From a virus, in the IMG/VR virus record IMGVR_UViG_3300000101_000010: a stretch of DNA of 64,000 bases; one strand, given 5' to 3'. Under the pieces are notes generated by a model. The model was not told the origin of the DNA and made no database searches. It saw nothing but the letters and a program-made list of their open reading frames with translations. Positions within the stretch are counted from its first letter, which is position 1, and each line of letters begins with the position of its first letter. The translations under genes and the position numbers were made by a program. Positions 30,421 through 39,752 of this stretch are shown piece by piece.

Positions 30421-31562
30421 TTTCTAATCTCGTCTATAATTTTAGTTGTACTTGCACCTGCAATAGTTGGAAAAATAACAACTTCTGCTAGTTCATTTCC
30501 TACTACTGTATCAACTGTATAATCTCCACCCTTAACAATTATATTGGGCATAATATTACTCAAAGTTTCTAACGGTGTATCTTCGTCAAATATGATTACC
30601 TCATCAATAAATCCTAATTCTAACAATGCGGCTTTGCGTGTTTGTTCGTCATTAATGGGTCTAGTTTCGCCTTTTAAACGCTTTACACTTGCATCGCTAT
30701 TAATGCCCACCACGAGGCGTTTTCCAAGCGTGTGTGCGTGTCTTAGTAGCTTTAAATGGCCTATATGCAGTATATCAAACACTCCATTAGTCCATACAAT
30801 AGTATCATTAATATCATCAATTGTTATGATATGTGTGCCTACATGTTTGACTGCTTCGGTAGCACCTTTGACAGCCAATTCTAAACAGCGTTTATGTGTG
30901 TAACCTTTTGTTAGTGCATATACAAACGTAGCAAGGAAACAATCTCCTGCACCTGTAACATCTGATACTTCAACTTGTTCAACAGGAATATTATATTCAA
31001 TATTATCTATTGTAGCAGATACACTACGTCCTGCATCAGTAGTAATAATATTACCTTGCCATTCGTCAAATTCAAATTTAGTAAATTCACTATTATTAGG
31101 TTTAACTAACCAAGCACCTTCGTAGTCACATGCATAACGTTTTGGATCTACAATTACTTTAGGTCCTTGACTATTAATATGTGCAATAATCTGTTTTGCG
31201 TTATCTAGTACACCTTTATTGTAATCGCTTAGGATAACATAATCGTACTTAGAAAAATCACTACTTAATACTTCATCTAAGACTGCATTTGAATTTGCAG
31301 TTTCATCTTCATCTAACCGTGTAATATAATGTCCGTCACAGATTACTCTAGTTTTAATACTTCTAGGTTGATTAGTTTCAAATAGTTCTATATCAACATC
31401 TAGGCTTTTTAAATTTTCATAAACAAGTCCTGCACCACCTAAAGATGTTGAAACACTTCCAAGATTAACTATAGGCACAGGTGCTTCAGGACTAATCCGT
31501 GTTGAAGTTCCGTATATATATTTGTCGATGATTACATCACCGATTACTAATACCTTATTCAT
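30417..31562 (-). CDS. hldE: Bifunctional heptose-7-phosphate kinase / heptose-1-phosphate adenylyltransferase
   Basis: GDVIID.Y..G...RISPEAPVP, DVTGAGD (PfkB), then NGVFDILHIGH, NSDASVKRLKG..RPI and KGGDY. Confidence 0.92.
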   Translation of the reverse strand: MNKVLVIGDVIIDKYIYGTSTRISPEAPVPIVNLGSVSTSLGGAGLVYENLKSLDVDIELFETNQPRSIKTRVICDGHYITRLDEDETANSNAVLDEVLSSDFSKYDYVILSDYNKGVLDNAKQIIAHINSQGPKVIVDPKRYACDYEGAWLVKPNNSEFTKFEFDEWQGNIITTDAGRSVSATIDNIEYNIPVEQVEVSDVTGAGDCFLATFVYALTKGYTHKRCLELAVKGATEAVKHVGTHIITIDDINDTIVWTNGVFDILHIGHLKLLRHAHTLGKRLVVGINSDASVKRLKGETRPINDEQTRKAALLELGFIDEVIIFDEDTPLETLSNIMPNIIVKGGDYTVDTVVGNELAEVVIFPTIAGASTTKIIDEIRK

Positions 31563-32008
31563 TAAATGTCCGATTCTTGTAATAACGAAACTAGTTGAAA
31601 TACTGTTTGTAGTTTGGTTAAGTTTTGTTTATTTTGTAATGTGTTGCGTAATCCCATATGCAATGGCTTTGGCCAATTTTGAAAACTAACCCAAGCATAT
31701 CCGTTATGCTCGTCATTTAGTACAGGTAGAAATTCATCTTTTACAACGCACAAATAAGTATGAAATTGAAACTTATCATCATTACTTACAAATGTTTCTA
31801 ATGGTATTGATTTAATAATTTTTGGAATACTGCCAAGCTCTTCTTCAACTTCACGTAGCAGAGCTTTGTAAGGGATTTCTTTATCTTCGTTAGTTCCACC
31901 AACAAGACCCCAAACATTGTTTTGTTTTGATTGTGTACGGTGTAAGAATAAGAAACGTTGTGTTGTCAACGAATAGAATAGAGCACCACTACAAATTATT
32001 TGTTCCAT
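31562..32008 (-). CDS. Nudix hydrolase
   Basis: Nudix box GTNEDKEIPYKALLREVEEELG (GX5EX7REUXEEXG). Confidence 0.88.
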   Translation of the reverse strand: MEQIICSGALFYSLTTQRFLFLHRTQSKQNNVWGLVGGTNEDKEIPYKALLREVEEELGSIPKIIKSIPLETFVSNDDKFQFHTYLCVVKDEFLPVLNDEHNGYAWVSFQNWPKPLHMGLRNTLQNKQNLTKLQTVFQLVSLLQESDI

Positions 32009-32017
32009 ACAAGTACT

Positions 32018-32024
32018 TATTTAG
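32018..32024 (-). promoter_or_regulatory. Late promoter box (CTAAATA on minus strand) for the Nudix-hldE-hldD operon
   Basis: tatttag on the + strand, 9 nt upstream of the Nudix ATG, overlapping the gp15 stop. Confidence 0.55.
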
Positions 32025-33439
32025 AGTACTAAGCGCCAGCTTCCTTTTCGATATTCGCCTTCAAAGGATAGTGTCCATTCTACACCGTCCCATTTATACT
32101 GTATGCCAGTGGTTAAATTGGTTGTATATGTAACATCTGTTGCTGGCTCTGTTTTAGTACTTGAGTCAAATACAATTTGCCATTGTGTTCCAGACCATTC
32201 AATAATGTCATTTTCACTAGCAATTAATGTGTCATTACCGCTAGTATCCTTCCAAGCATCAGCACCATCTGTATTTTCTGTAGCACCGATATCACCTAGT
32301 AGTAGTATTCTATTACCAGGTACTTTTAAGCTAGTTGGATTAGTTCTTGTTGGATCAATAATTGCTTCAATAGTTCCTTTTTGTGGACTATTTGGTAATC
32401 CCATTACTGTATTAGTTGGAATAGTGTCTTCATCCCAATTAACAATAAGTTGTGTTTCGTCTAAATCGTTTAGTGCAATAGTACCTACAACAGGAGCACC
32501 TAAATCAATTCTGTTTAAATAAATCTTACTTAATCCTGCTCTGTATTCACCAGGTAGTATTTCAAGTTGCTTACGCCAACTGATCTCTCCTGATATACCA
32601 TTCTTACCAAGTTGTACAATATTGTTAGTAACAATAGCATCATAGTTTAATGCTGTATTCACTTGTATATGTATTCTTTCTGAACTGTCTTTGTTTTTAG
32701 TACTGTTTGCCCAACTATCATCATATGCATTAAGCTCTGGCATTGATTGTTTTAAGTTAATAGTGCCTTTAGTTTCATCAAAGATACTCATTATAACATC
32801 TGTAATAATACCTAGCTTTTTAACTTTAGCAGGAGGACTAATATAAATTGGTGTTGAAAATCCTAGTGTTGCTACATCTATTTCAGTATCAACTCCCATA
32901 GGAATACTTCTACTACTAAAATTAATATTTTCTAAATTAACAACACTTAAACTTGTCCAGTCTACATAGTTGTCTGTAGTTTGTATTTCTAAACTAGGAT
33001 TAAAGAACATTAATAGCTGTTCCATAATTTGTAGTTTTTGTTCTGTGTTAGTAGACCAAATATCTGCATTAACATTTAGTGTATACGGTGTAGGCATCAT
33101 ACGTTCAACTGTATAATTTTTACCTTGTGTATTTAAATATTCTTTACCTTCTGCATCATATGCACGTTCTCTAAGATGTACTTTGCCTGTGTATGATGAA
33201 TCAGCAGTTCTAGTACGATCCATTTCTAATCCAGTAACATATACTCCTATGCGTGGCGCACTTGGAATTTTATTTTCGCTGTTGTCTTTTATAATAGCGC
33301 CAACTTGTCTTGTAATGTCTCCGTACATAACAGGAACTTGTACAAGATTGCCTTTGCTGTCAGCATATGAAAAATTACTCATCAGTCTAACCATTTGAGT
33401 AATGTATCTTCTTATTTGTCCATCATAAAAATGTTGCAT
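32021..33439 (-). CDS. gp15: Tail sheath stabiliser / terminator (T4 gp15-like) with C-terminal extension
   Basis: FYDGQIRRY...VPVMYGD..RQV...P.P.I...ER.MPTPY.L.....IW...EQKLQI.EQ....FNP; directly downstream of gp14. Confidence 0.8.
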   Translation of the reverse strand: MQHFYDGQIRRYITQMVRLMSNFSYADSKGNLVQVPVMYGDITRQVGAIIKDNSENKIPSAPRIGVYVTGLEMDRTRTADSSYTGKVHLRERAYDAEGKEYLNTQGKNYTVERMMPTPYTLNVNADIWSTNTEQKLQIMEQLLMFFNPSLEIQTTDNYVDWTSLSVVNLENINFSSRSIPMGVDTEIDVATLGFSTPIYISPPAKVKKLGIITDVIMSIFDETKGTINLKQSMPELNAYDDSWANSTKNKDSSERIHIQVNTALNYDAIVTNNIVQLGKNGISGEISWRKQLEILPGEYRAGLSKIYLNRIDLGAPVVGTIALNDLDETQLIVNWDEDTIPTNTVMGLPNSPQKGTIEAIIDPTRTNPTSLKVPGNRILLLGDIGATENTDGADAWKDTSGNDTLIASENDIIEWSGTQWQIVFDSSTKTEPATDVTYTTNLTTGIQYKWDGVEWTLSFEGEYRKGSWRLVL

Positions 33440-33440
33440 C

Positions 33441-34598
33441 TTAATTATCTGCCTTTGGCTTTAGTGTTTTACTTAACGGTTGTCTTTCTACAACAGTTTC
33501 TCCGCCAATAGTGTTTTGTGTTGAGTTGTTAACAAATGTACCTTTTTGTGTTGCTCTAGTATCTGTATTTGTCATTGTCATGCGTACTGCATCTTCTTGT
33601 TTGACCCAACGGCTACCGTCTTGTCTAAATAATCTATTAGGCATAAAGTCTGTCCTTAACCAATAGTCGCCTTCGGCTGAACTAGTTGGAAACCCAGGTC
33701 CATGTCCAAATGCTTCTCCATTAGGTGGTATACCATCGCCAACTAAGTAACCATTGTACTCAGAACGTGTTGGTGTTTCTGTAATTCTATCAGCTAACAG
33801 TTCTTGTGAACTTACATCAATGTCTGTTATATCTGTTGTTTTTAATGCTACGTTACCATCTTCATCTTTAGCAATAGTATATAAGTTTGTAGTATCGTAT
33901 CCTGACTTAGGTGCATCAGCTTCTGCCTGAGCAAGTACAGCATTATTAATTTGCATTTCTTGTTCGTATGTACTAAGCACATCACGTAGTGTATTTGTAC
34001 TTCCTTCTTCTGAAGGTAAATCAAGTATTTCTTTAAACTCTTGCGAGTCAACAATTTGTTTTAATTTAATTCTGTATAAATGTGGATACCAAGTTTGTGT
34101 AAAACCTTCAGCGGCTCTGTTTACATCTTCTACAACATAAAAACGTTTTAGTGCTACACTATAATCATTAAGTGCATGTTCGTCTTTTAAGTGTGGAAGT
34201 TCAATAACATCACCTGGCATAATTTTACGCCCTAGTGTTCTAACACTATAATTAATAGGAATTGTCATAAACAATGTATCGTTTTGTAAGAACAATCCGA
34301 ATTGACTCATATCAAAGTCAATGTCTTGTATATTATAAATGCCACGCATTGTATAAATGTCTGGATCATACTTACGATCTCTGTTTTCTAAGAATAACAT
34401 GTCTTGTATGTTGGTTTCTTTAACAGCATCGTAACGAGGTTGTGCCGGCGTAGCGTCTGCTTCGTCCGGATTTGCGGGGCCTAGATACTTATGTACAAAG
34501 ACATCTGTACCACCTATTGTAAACATCTCGGTGATAGTTTTGTCTAAGAAATCGTAATCGTTGCCCTTTTCGGGTTTGTATAAACTGAGTCTTGGCAT
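33441..34598 (-). CDS. gp14: Neck / head-completion protein (T4 gp14-like)
   Basis: LSQFGLF-like MSQFGLFL.NDTLFMT and PGDVIELP...FYVVEDV motifs. Start refined to MPRLSLY (34598), downstream of a late box. Confidence 0.75.
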   Translation of the reverse strand: MPRLSLYKPEKGNDYDFLDKTITEMFTIGGTDVFVHKYLGPANPDEADATPAQPRYDAVKETNIQDMLFLENRDRKYDPDIYTMRGIYNIQDIDFDMSQFGLFLQNDTLFMTIPINYSVRTLGRKIMPGDVIELPHLKDEHALNDYSVALKRFYVVEDVNRAAEGFTQTWYPHLYRIKLKQIVDSQEFKEILDLPSEEGSTNTLRDVLSTYEQEMQINNAVLAQAEADAPKSGYDTTNLYTIAKDEDGNVALKTTDITDIDVSSQELLADRITETPTRSEYNGYLVGDGIPPNGEAFGHGPGFPTSSAEGDYWLRTDFMPNRLFRQDGSRWVKQEDAVRMTMTNTDTRATQKGTFVNNSTQNTIGGETVVERQPLSKTLKPKADN

Positions 34599-34604
34599 AG
34601 TATA

Positions 34605-34629
34605 AGTATTTATCGTTAGCATAAATACT
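34605..34629. promoter_or_regulatory. Back-to-back late promoters forming a 9-bp inverted repeat
   Basis: agtatttat-cgttagc-ataaatact: ATAAATA on both strands between divergent gp14 and gp13. Confidence 0.75.
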
Positions 34630-34644
34630 AGTGGAGAACAAGAA

Positions 34645-35400
34645 ATGGCATTAAGCACACAAAAACAAGATGTATTCGATTATGTAAACGCTATGTTAGG
34701 CGGAGGCATGGTCGATGTTGAACTTGACCCTATTCATTATGAAACTGCACTAGAAAAAGCTCTTGGCAAATTTAGACAGCGTTCAGATAACTCAGTTGAA
34801 GAGTCATATCTTTTTATGCCTACAATAATTGATCAAAATGAATATACGTTACCAGAAGAAGTAACCGAAGTTAGAAAATTATTTAGACGTTCAATTGGTT
34901 CACGTTCAGGTGGCGGCGATGGTGGTACACAGTTTGAACCATTCAACATGGCATACACTAACACTTACTTGTTATCAAGTTCTAACATGGGCGGACTAGC
35001 AACATATGATATGTTTAGTCAGTACCAAGAACTTGTAGGACGTATGTTTGGTTCTTTTATCGAATTTAATTGGAATACTACAACTAAAAAATTAACAGTT
35101 TTACAAAGACCTAGAGCAGAAGAAACATTACTGCTATATGTTTACAATCACAGACCAGATAGTGAATTACTTAAAGACTATCTTGGTAAGCAATGGATTA
35201 AAGATTATACCCTTGCTAGTTGTAAGTATATGCTAGGCGAAGCACGTAGTAAGTTCGCAACCATTGCAGGACCACAAGGTGGTTCAACGCTTAACGGTGA
35301 TGCACTCAAAGCAGAAGCACAAGCTGAAATGGAAAAGTTAGAAGAAGAACTAAAACTAAATGTTGCTGGCGGCGTAGGCTACGGATTCACAATCGGTTAA
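34645..35400 (+). CDS. gp13: Neck protein (T4 gp13-like)
   Basis: LGGGMVDVELD..HYE.A...AL..FRQ...WIKDYTLA.CK.MLGEAR.KF..I.GPQG...LNG. Confidence 0.85.
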   Translation: MALSTQKQDVFDYVNAMLGGGMVDVELDPIHYETALEKALGKFRQRSDNSVEESYLFMPTIIDQNEYTLPEEVTEVRKLFRRSIGSRSGGGDGGTQFEPFNMAYTNTYLLSSSNMGGLATYDMFSQYQELVGRMFGSFIEFNWNTTTKKLTVLQRPRAEETLLLYVYNHRPDSELLKDYLGKQWIKDYTLASCKYMLGEARSKFATIAGPQGGSTLNGDALKAEAQAEMEKLEEELKLNVAGGVGYGFTIG

Positions 35401-35407
35401 TAAACAC

Positions 35408-35436
35408 TTGACTTCCTGATAAATCTATTGTATAAT
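35408..35436 (+). promoter_or_regulatory. Sigma70-type promoter (TTGACT-17-TATAAT)
   Basis: Near-consensus boxes with 17-nt spacer in the gap before dNMP kinase. Confidence 0.8.
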
Positions 35437-35462
35437 AGTTTTATTTTATGAGGAGTCAGACT

Positions 35463-36056
35463 TTGATTATTGGTGTATGTGGGTTAATTGGTAGCGGTAA
35501 AGATACTATTGCTGATTATTTGATTAGTGAACATAATTTCCAAAAGATATCATTTGCAGATAAACTTAAAGATAGCGTAGGCGTTATGTTTGGGTGGAGC
35601 AGAGATATGCTTGATGGCAAAACAACAGAATCTAGAGAATGGCGTGAGAAAGTAGACGAGTTTTGGACAAAAGAAACTGGACGTACAATTACACCTAGAT
35701 TAGTATTACAAGAATTTGGTACAGAATGTATGCGTAACGGATTCTATGATGGTATTTGGGTATCCCTAGTAAAGCAGAAAATTATTGACAATCCAAACAT
35801 TAATTGGGTATTACCTGATACACGTTTTCCTAATGAAGCAAAAATGCTACATGAAGTAGGCGGACATGTATGGCGTGTAAAACGTGGACAAGATCCTAAG
35901 TGGTTTACAGAGTATGTTGAGTTTGATACAGAGCCTAGTGACATACACCCTAGCGAATGGGCTTGGGCTCATACTAAATTTTCACAAACATTAGAAAACA
36001 ATGGTACTATTGACGAACTTAGAAGTCAGGTAGCAAATCACCTTGCTTCCATTTAA
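35463..36056 (+). CDS. Deoxynucleoside monophosphate kinase (T4 gp1-like)
   Basis: IIGVCGLIGSGKDT P-loop, SFADKLKD, PRLVLQEFGTE, DTRFPNE. Probable TTG start at 35463 after AGGAG. Confidence 0.88.
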   Translation: MIIGVCGLIGSGKDTIADYLISEHNFQKISFADKLKDSVGVMFGWSRDMLDGKTTESREWREKVDEFWTKETGRTITPRLVLQEFGTECMRNGFYDGIWVSLVKQKIIDNPNINWVLPDTRFPNEAKMLHEVGGHVWRVKRGQDPKWFTEYVEFDTEPSDIHPSEWAWAHTKFSQTLENNGTIDELRSQVANHLASI

Positions 36057-36357
36057 ATCCTTCTTTGTACATAATTTTACTACAATTAGCACATATTGTT
36101 TTTAAGTTACTAAATCTTACATTATTAAGATCACCGTCAATATAGTATACTGAAAACTGTTCTTTGTGTTTACTTTTAAATCCGCACTTGTCACAAACCT
36201 GTTTCTTTTCATAACCAGACTGTTTCCACTTAGGAGCACCATGTACAGGCTTGCCATGTCTAAGACATGACTCACACTTACTCCTATAAAACGGTTTTCC
36301 TTTTTTATAATAGTTAATTGCTACAGGTTTAACGCCACATTTACATAAAGGTCTCAT
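36019..36357 (-). CDS. Zn-finger HNH-like protein with degenerate active site
   Basis: CKC...CESC...CDKC...VYYIDGDLNN...NLKTICANC. Start refined to MRPLC (36357), 5 nt after a minus-strand GTAAATA (36363-36369). Confidence 0.65.
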   Translation of the reverse strand: MRPLCKCGVKPVAINYYKKGKPFYRSKCESCLRHGKPVHGAPKWKQSGYEKKQVCDKCGFKSKHKEQFSVYYIDGDLNNVRFSNLKTICANCSKIMYKEGFKWKQGDLLPDF

Positions 36358-36425
36358 ATATGTATTTACCTGCCCTTTTCGATCCCTTTTTAGGGGTAGA
36401 TAAAGAGGCCTTTTATGCAAAATGG

Positions 36426-36433
36426 TATAAATA
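36426..36433 (+). promoter_or_regulatory. Canonical T4 late promoter TATAAATA
   Basis: Exact T4 late consensus upstream of the sheath SD AGGAG and ATG 36468. Confidence 0.8.
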
Positions 36434-36467
36434 ATAGTAACATGCTATATCAACAGGAGAAAATAAA

Positions 36468-39400
36468 ATGGCTTTAGTATCACCAGGAGTACAGGTCAGC
36501 GTTATAGACGAAAGTTTCTATACACCAGCTGAGCCAGGTACAGTACCAATGATTTTTGTTGTTTCCGCACAAGACAAGAGAAACGGTGCTGGAACAGGGA
36601 CTGCGTCGGCAACGATTGCGGCAAATGCAGGTAAACCTTATTTGGTTACCTCACAAAGAGAATTAACAGACTTGTTTGGAGATCCGACTTTCTATACGGA
36701 CACAAACAACAACGCACTACATGGTAGTGAATTAAACGAATACGGGTTACAAGCGGCCTACTCATATTTAGGAGTAGCTAACAGAGCTTACGTAACTAGA
36801 GCAACACTAAACACATCAGAGCTAATGGCTTCTGCTAGTGCGCCAGCGGCAAATCCAGCAGATGGCACATATTGGTTTGATACAGCAAATAGTGTGTTTG
36901 GTATTTTTGAATGGAACGGCGCGGCGGGTACTGTTACTGGTGGACAGAGCTTTACGAATAAAGTTCCTACAGTAATTACAGATACTACTAAAGTAACAGG
37001 CGGCACACCAAAAACTTCTGTTGGTGCAATTGGTGACTACGCTATTGTTGCTACTACTACACTTAACAAATTGTTCTATAAAAAGAGCGATGGTAGTTGG
37101 GTACAAGTAGGATCAACAGCATGGATTAGTTCATGGGCAACTGTAACAGGAACAATTTCAAATCCAACTATTACTGGCGGTGCTTCAATGAGCATTAACG
37201 GTACTGTTGTAACAAGTGGCGGAACAGCATTAAGTGATGTTCAAACAGCTATTGGTTCAGCAGGTATTGCTGGAATTAGTTCAGCAGTAGTTAACAACAA
37301 ATTAGAGATTTACTCAACAGGCGCAGACGTTGTATTAGCAACTAACGCTTCAACACTATTAGCAGAGATTGGTTTAACGGCGGCTACTTATAAAGCACCT
37401 AAAAATACTATTGCTCCGCATACTAGTGTACCTGAGTACAAGTCAACAGATACTGCTCCAAGACCAACTGGAAGTATTTGGGTTAAAACTACACAACCTA
37501 ACTTAGGTGCTAACTGGAAAGTTAAAGTTTGGAACGCAACAACTAACTTGTGGGAAACTAAAATGGCACCAATGTATGCAACACCTGAGGCGGCATTATA
37601 CGGCTTAGATAAAGCAGGCGGTGGTAAGAACTTAGCAGTTGGAACTGTTTACATCAAAACTAACAATGATGAATCAGCTAATCCAATTGGTGACTTTAAA
37701 ATACACAGAAGACAGTCAACAGGTAATACTAAAATTACTTCAGACATTATTACAACACAAGTAACTACTGGCACTTATGCATTTGATATTGCAGAAACTG
37801 CTCCAGCAAGTGCTACGTTAAGTGCGGCAGTAACAATTAGTGTAACAACTAACGGTGCGGCTGACGATGCAGACGATATTGCAGGTGCAATTAACTCCGC
37901 AGGATTAACTAACGTTGTAGCAAGTGTTGACGCTTCAAACAGAGTAGTTATTGAACACAATGACGGTGGTGACATCCACATTACAGATACTAACAGCGGA
38001 TTAGCTTTAGCAGGATTTGTAGCTTACAATGGCTCAAATGCGGCAACAGCAACTCCAAACTTATATACAGATGCTACAGGTAATGCATTTGATATGGTTG
38101 CTAGTAACTGGAAATACTTAACATACACACCAAGTACAACTGCTCCAACAGCATTAACAGCTGACGGTGCATTATGGTACAACAGTATTGTAGACGAAGT
38201 AGACATGATGATCCACAATGGTACTACTTGGGTAGGTTACCAAGACTCAACAGCACCGTTCTACGATGCTAATAGTGCAGACAAAACTGATCCAGCAGGA
38301 CCAATTGTTAGTGCTACTGAGCCTACTAAACAGTCAGATGCAACTGATCTTAAAAATGGTGACATTTGGATTAGTACAGCAGACTTAGAAAACTATCCAA
38401 AAATTTACAAATACAACGCTACTTCATTAAAGTGGATTGCAGTTGATACAGGTGACCAAACTACTGAAGATGGTATATTATTTGCAGATGCACGTTATGG
38501 TACAAGTGGTGTTAACGGTGATACAGCGGCAACGATCCCTGCATTACTAGTAAGCAACTTCTTAGACTTTGACGCTCCGGATCCAGCACTATATCCAAAA
38601 GGTATGTTGCTATGGAACATGAGACGTTCAGGATTTAACGTTAAGAAATATGTACGTAACTATATTGATACTTCAGGACTTAACATTAGATTTAACAATG
38701 ATGAGTCAATGGCGGCATACGCAACTAATAGATGGGTAACTGAATCAGCTAACCAAGAAAATGGTGCAGGCTCGTTTGGTAGAAAAGCTCAACGTAAAGT
38801 TGTAGTACAAGCATTACAAGCAATGGTTAACAGCAACGCTGATATTAGAGATGATAATTCAAGAATCTTTAACTTGATGGCTTGCCCAGGTTACTCAGAG
38901 TTAATTGGTGAAATGAAAACACTTAACTATGATAGAGGCATTAGTGCGTTTGTTGTAGGTGACTTACCGTTTAGATTAACACCAGATGCAACTTCATTAA
39001 ACGAATATGCAACTAACGTAAATCTTGCAGTAGAAGATAATGACGATGGATTAGTTACATTTGATGAATACTTAGGTGTGTTTTATCCAAGTTTATTCTC
39101 AAGTGATAACGCAGGTAACAACGTAGTTGTTCCAGCAAGTCATGGTATACTACGCACAATGGCATTAAGCGATCAAGTATCGTTTCCATGGTTTGCTCCA
39201 GCAGGAACAAGACGTGGTGGAATTACAAATGCTTCAAGTGCAGGATACATTACAAGCGAAGGTGAATTCCAAAGCGTAGCACTTAACGAAGGACAGCGTG
39301 ATACATTATACGGTAATGCTATTAACCCTGTAACGTTCTTAAGTGGTGCAGGACTTGTTAACTTTGGTCAAAAGACAAGAGCTAAAAATGCTAGTGCTTT

Positions 39401-39719
39401 AGACAGAATCAACGTTGCAAGACTAGTAATTTACTTACGTTCGCAGTTTAACAAACTTGCTAAACCTTATATCTTTGAGCCAAATGACAAAATCACACGT
39501 GATGAGATTAAAGCACAGGCAGATAGTTTACTATTAGAGCTAGTAGGACAAAGAGCATTATATGACTTCTTAGTAGTATGTGACGAAAGTAACAATACTC
39601 CAAGTAGAATTGATAGAAATGAACTTTACTTAGACGTAGCAATTGAACCAGTGAAAGCAGTGGAGTTTATTTACATTCCATTAAGGCTTAAAAACACTGG
39701 TGAGATAGCAGGGCTTTAA
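36468..39719 (+). CDS. gp18: Contractile tail sheath protein (gp18-like), enlarged to 1083 aa
   Basis: N-terminal LVSPGVQVSVIDES; C-terminal PWFAPAG.RRG, INPV, GQKT...SALDRINV.RL, FEPND..TR, PVKAVEFIYI. Confidence 0.93.
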   Translation: MALVSPGVQVSVIDESFYTPAEPGTVPMIFVVSAQDKRNGAGTGTASATIAANAGKPYLVTSQRELTDLFGDPTFYTDTNNNALHGSELNEYGLQAAYSYLGVANRAYVTRATLNTSELMASASAPAANPADGTYWFDTANSVFGIFEWNGAAGTVTGGQSFTNKVPTVITDTTKVTGGTPKTSVGAIGDYAIVATTTLNKLFYKKSDGSWVQVGSTAWISSWATVTGTISNPTITGGASMSINGTVVTSGGTALSDVQTAIGSAGIAGISSAVVNNKLEIYSTGADVVLATNASTLLAEIGLTAATYKAPKNTIAPHTSVPEYKSTDTAPRPTGSIWVKTTQPNLGANWKVKVWNATTNLWETKMAPMYATPEAALYGLDKAGGGKNLAVGTVYIKTNNDESANPIGDFKIHRRQSTGNTKITSDIITTQVTTGTYAFDIAETAPASATLSAAVTISVTTNGAADDADDIAGAINSAGLTNVVASVDASNRVVIEHNDGGDIHITDTNSGLALAGFVAYNGSNAATATPNLYTDATGNAFDMVASNWKYLTYTPSTTAPTALTADGALWYNSIVDEVDMMIHNGTTWVGYQDSTAPFYDANSADKTDPAGPIVSATEPTKQSDATDLKNGDIWISTADLENYPKIYKYNATSLKWIAVDTGDQTTEDGILFADARYGTSGVNGDTAATIPALLVSNFLDFDAPDPALYPKGMLLWNMRRSGFNVKKYVRNYIDTSGLNIRFNNDESMAAYATNRWVTESANQENGAGSFGRKAQRKVVVQALQAMVNSNADIRDDNSRIFNLMACPGYSELIGEMKTLNYDRGISAFVVGDLPFRLTPDATSLNEYATNVNLAVEDNDDGLVTFDEYLGVFYPSLFSSDNAGNNVVVPASHGILRTMALSDQVSFPWFAPAGTRRGGITNASSAGYITSEGEFQSVALNEGQRDTLYGNAINPVTFLSGAGLVNFGQKTRAKNASALDRINVARLVIYLRSQFNKLAKPYIFEPNDKITRDEIKAQADSLLLELVGQRALYDFLVVCDESNNTPSRIDRNELYLDVAIEPVKAVEFIYIPLRLKNTGEIAGL

Positions 39720-39723
39720 TATG

Positions 39724-39730
39724 ATAAATA
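39724..39730 (+). promoter_or_regulatory. Late promoter box (ATAAATA)
   Basis: Between sheath stop and tube SD. Confidence 0.65.
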
Positions 39731-39752
39731 CTTACAAGCAGGAGATATTATA

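Noticed and set aside
33441-34658. ORF-track starts at 34658, 36420, 29293, 35448, 52704 and 55999
   Set aside because: The extensions overlap neighbouring genes or promoters; internal starts fit SD or late-box positions and family N-termini better.
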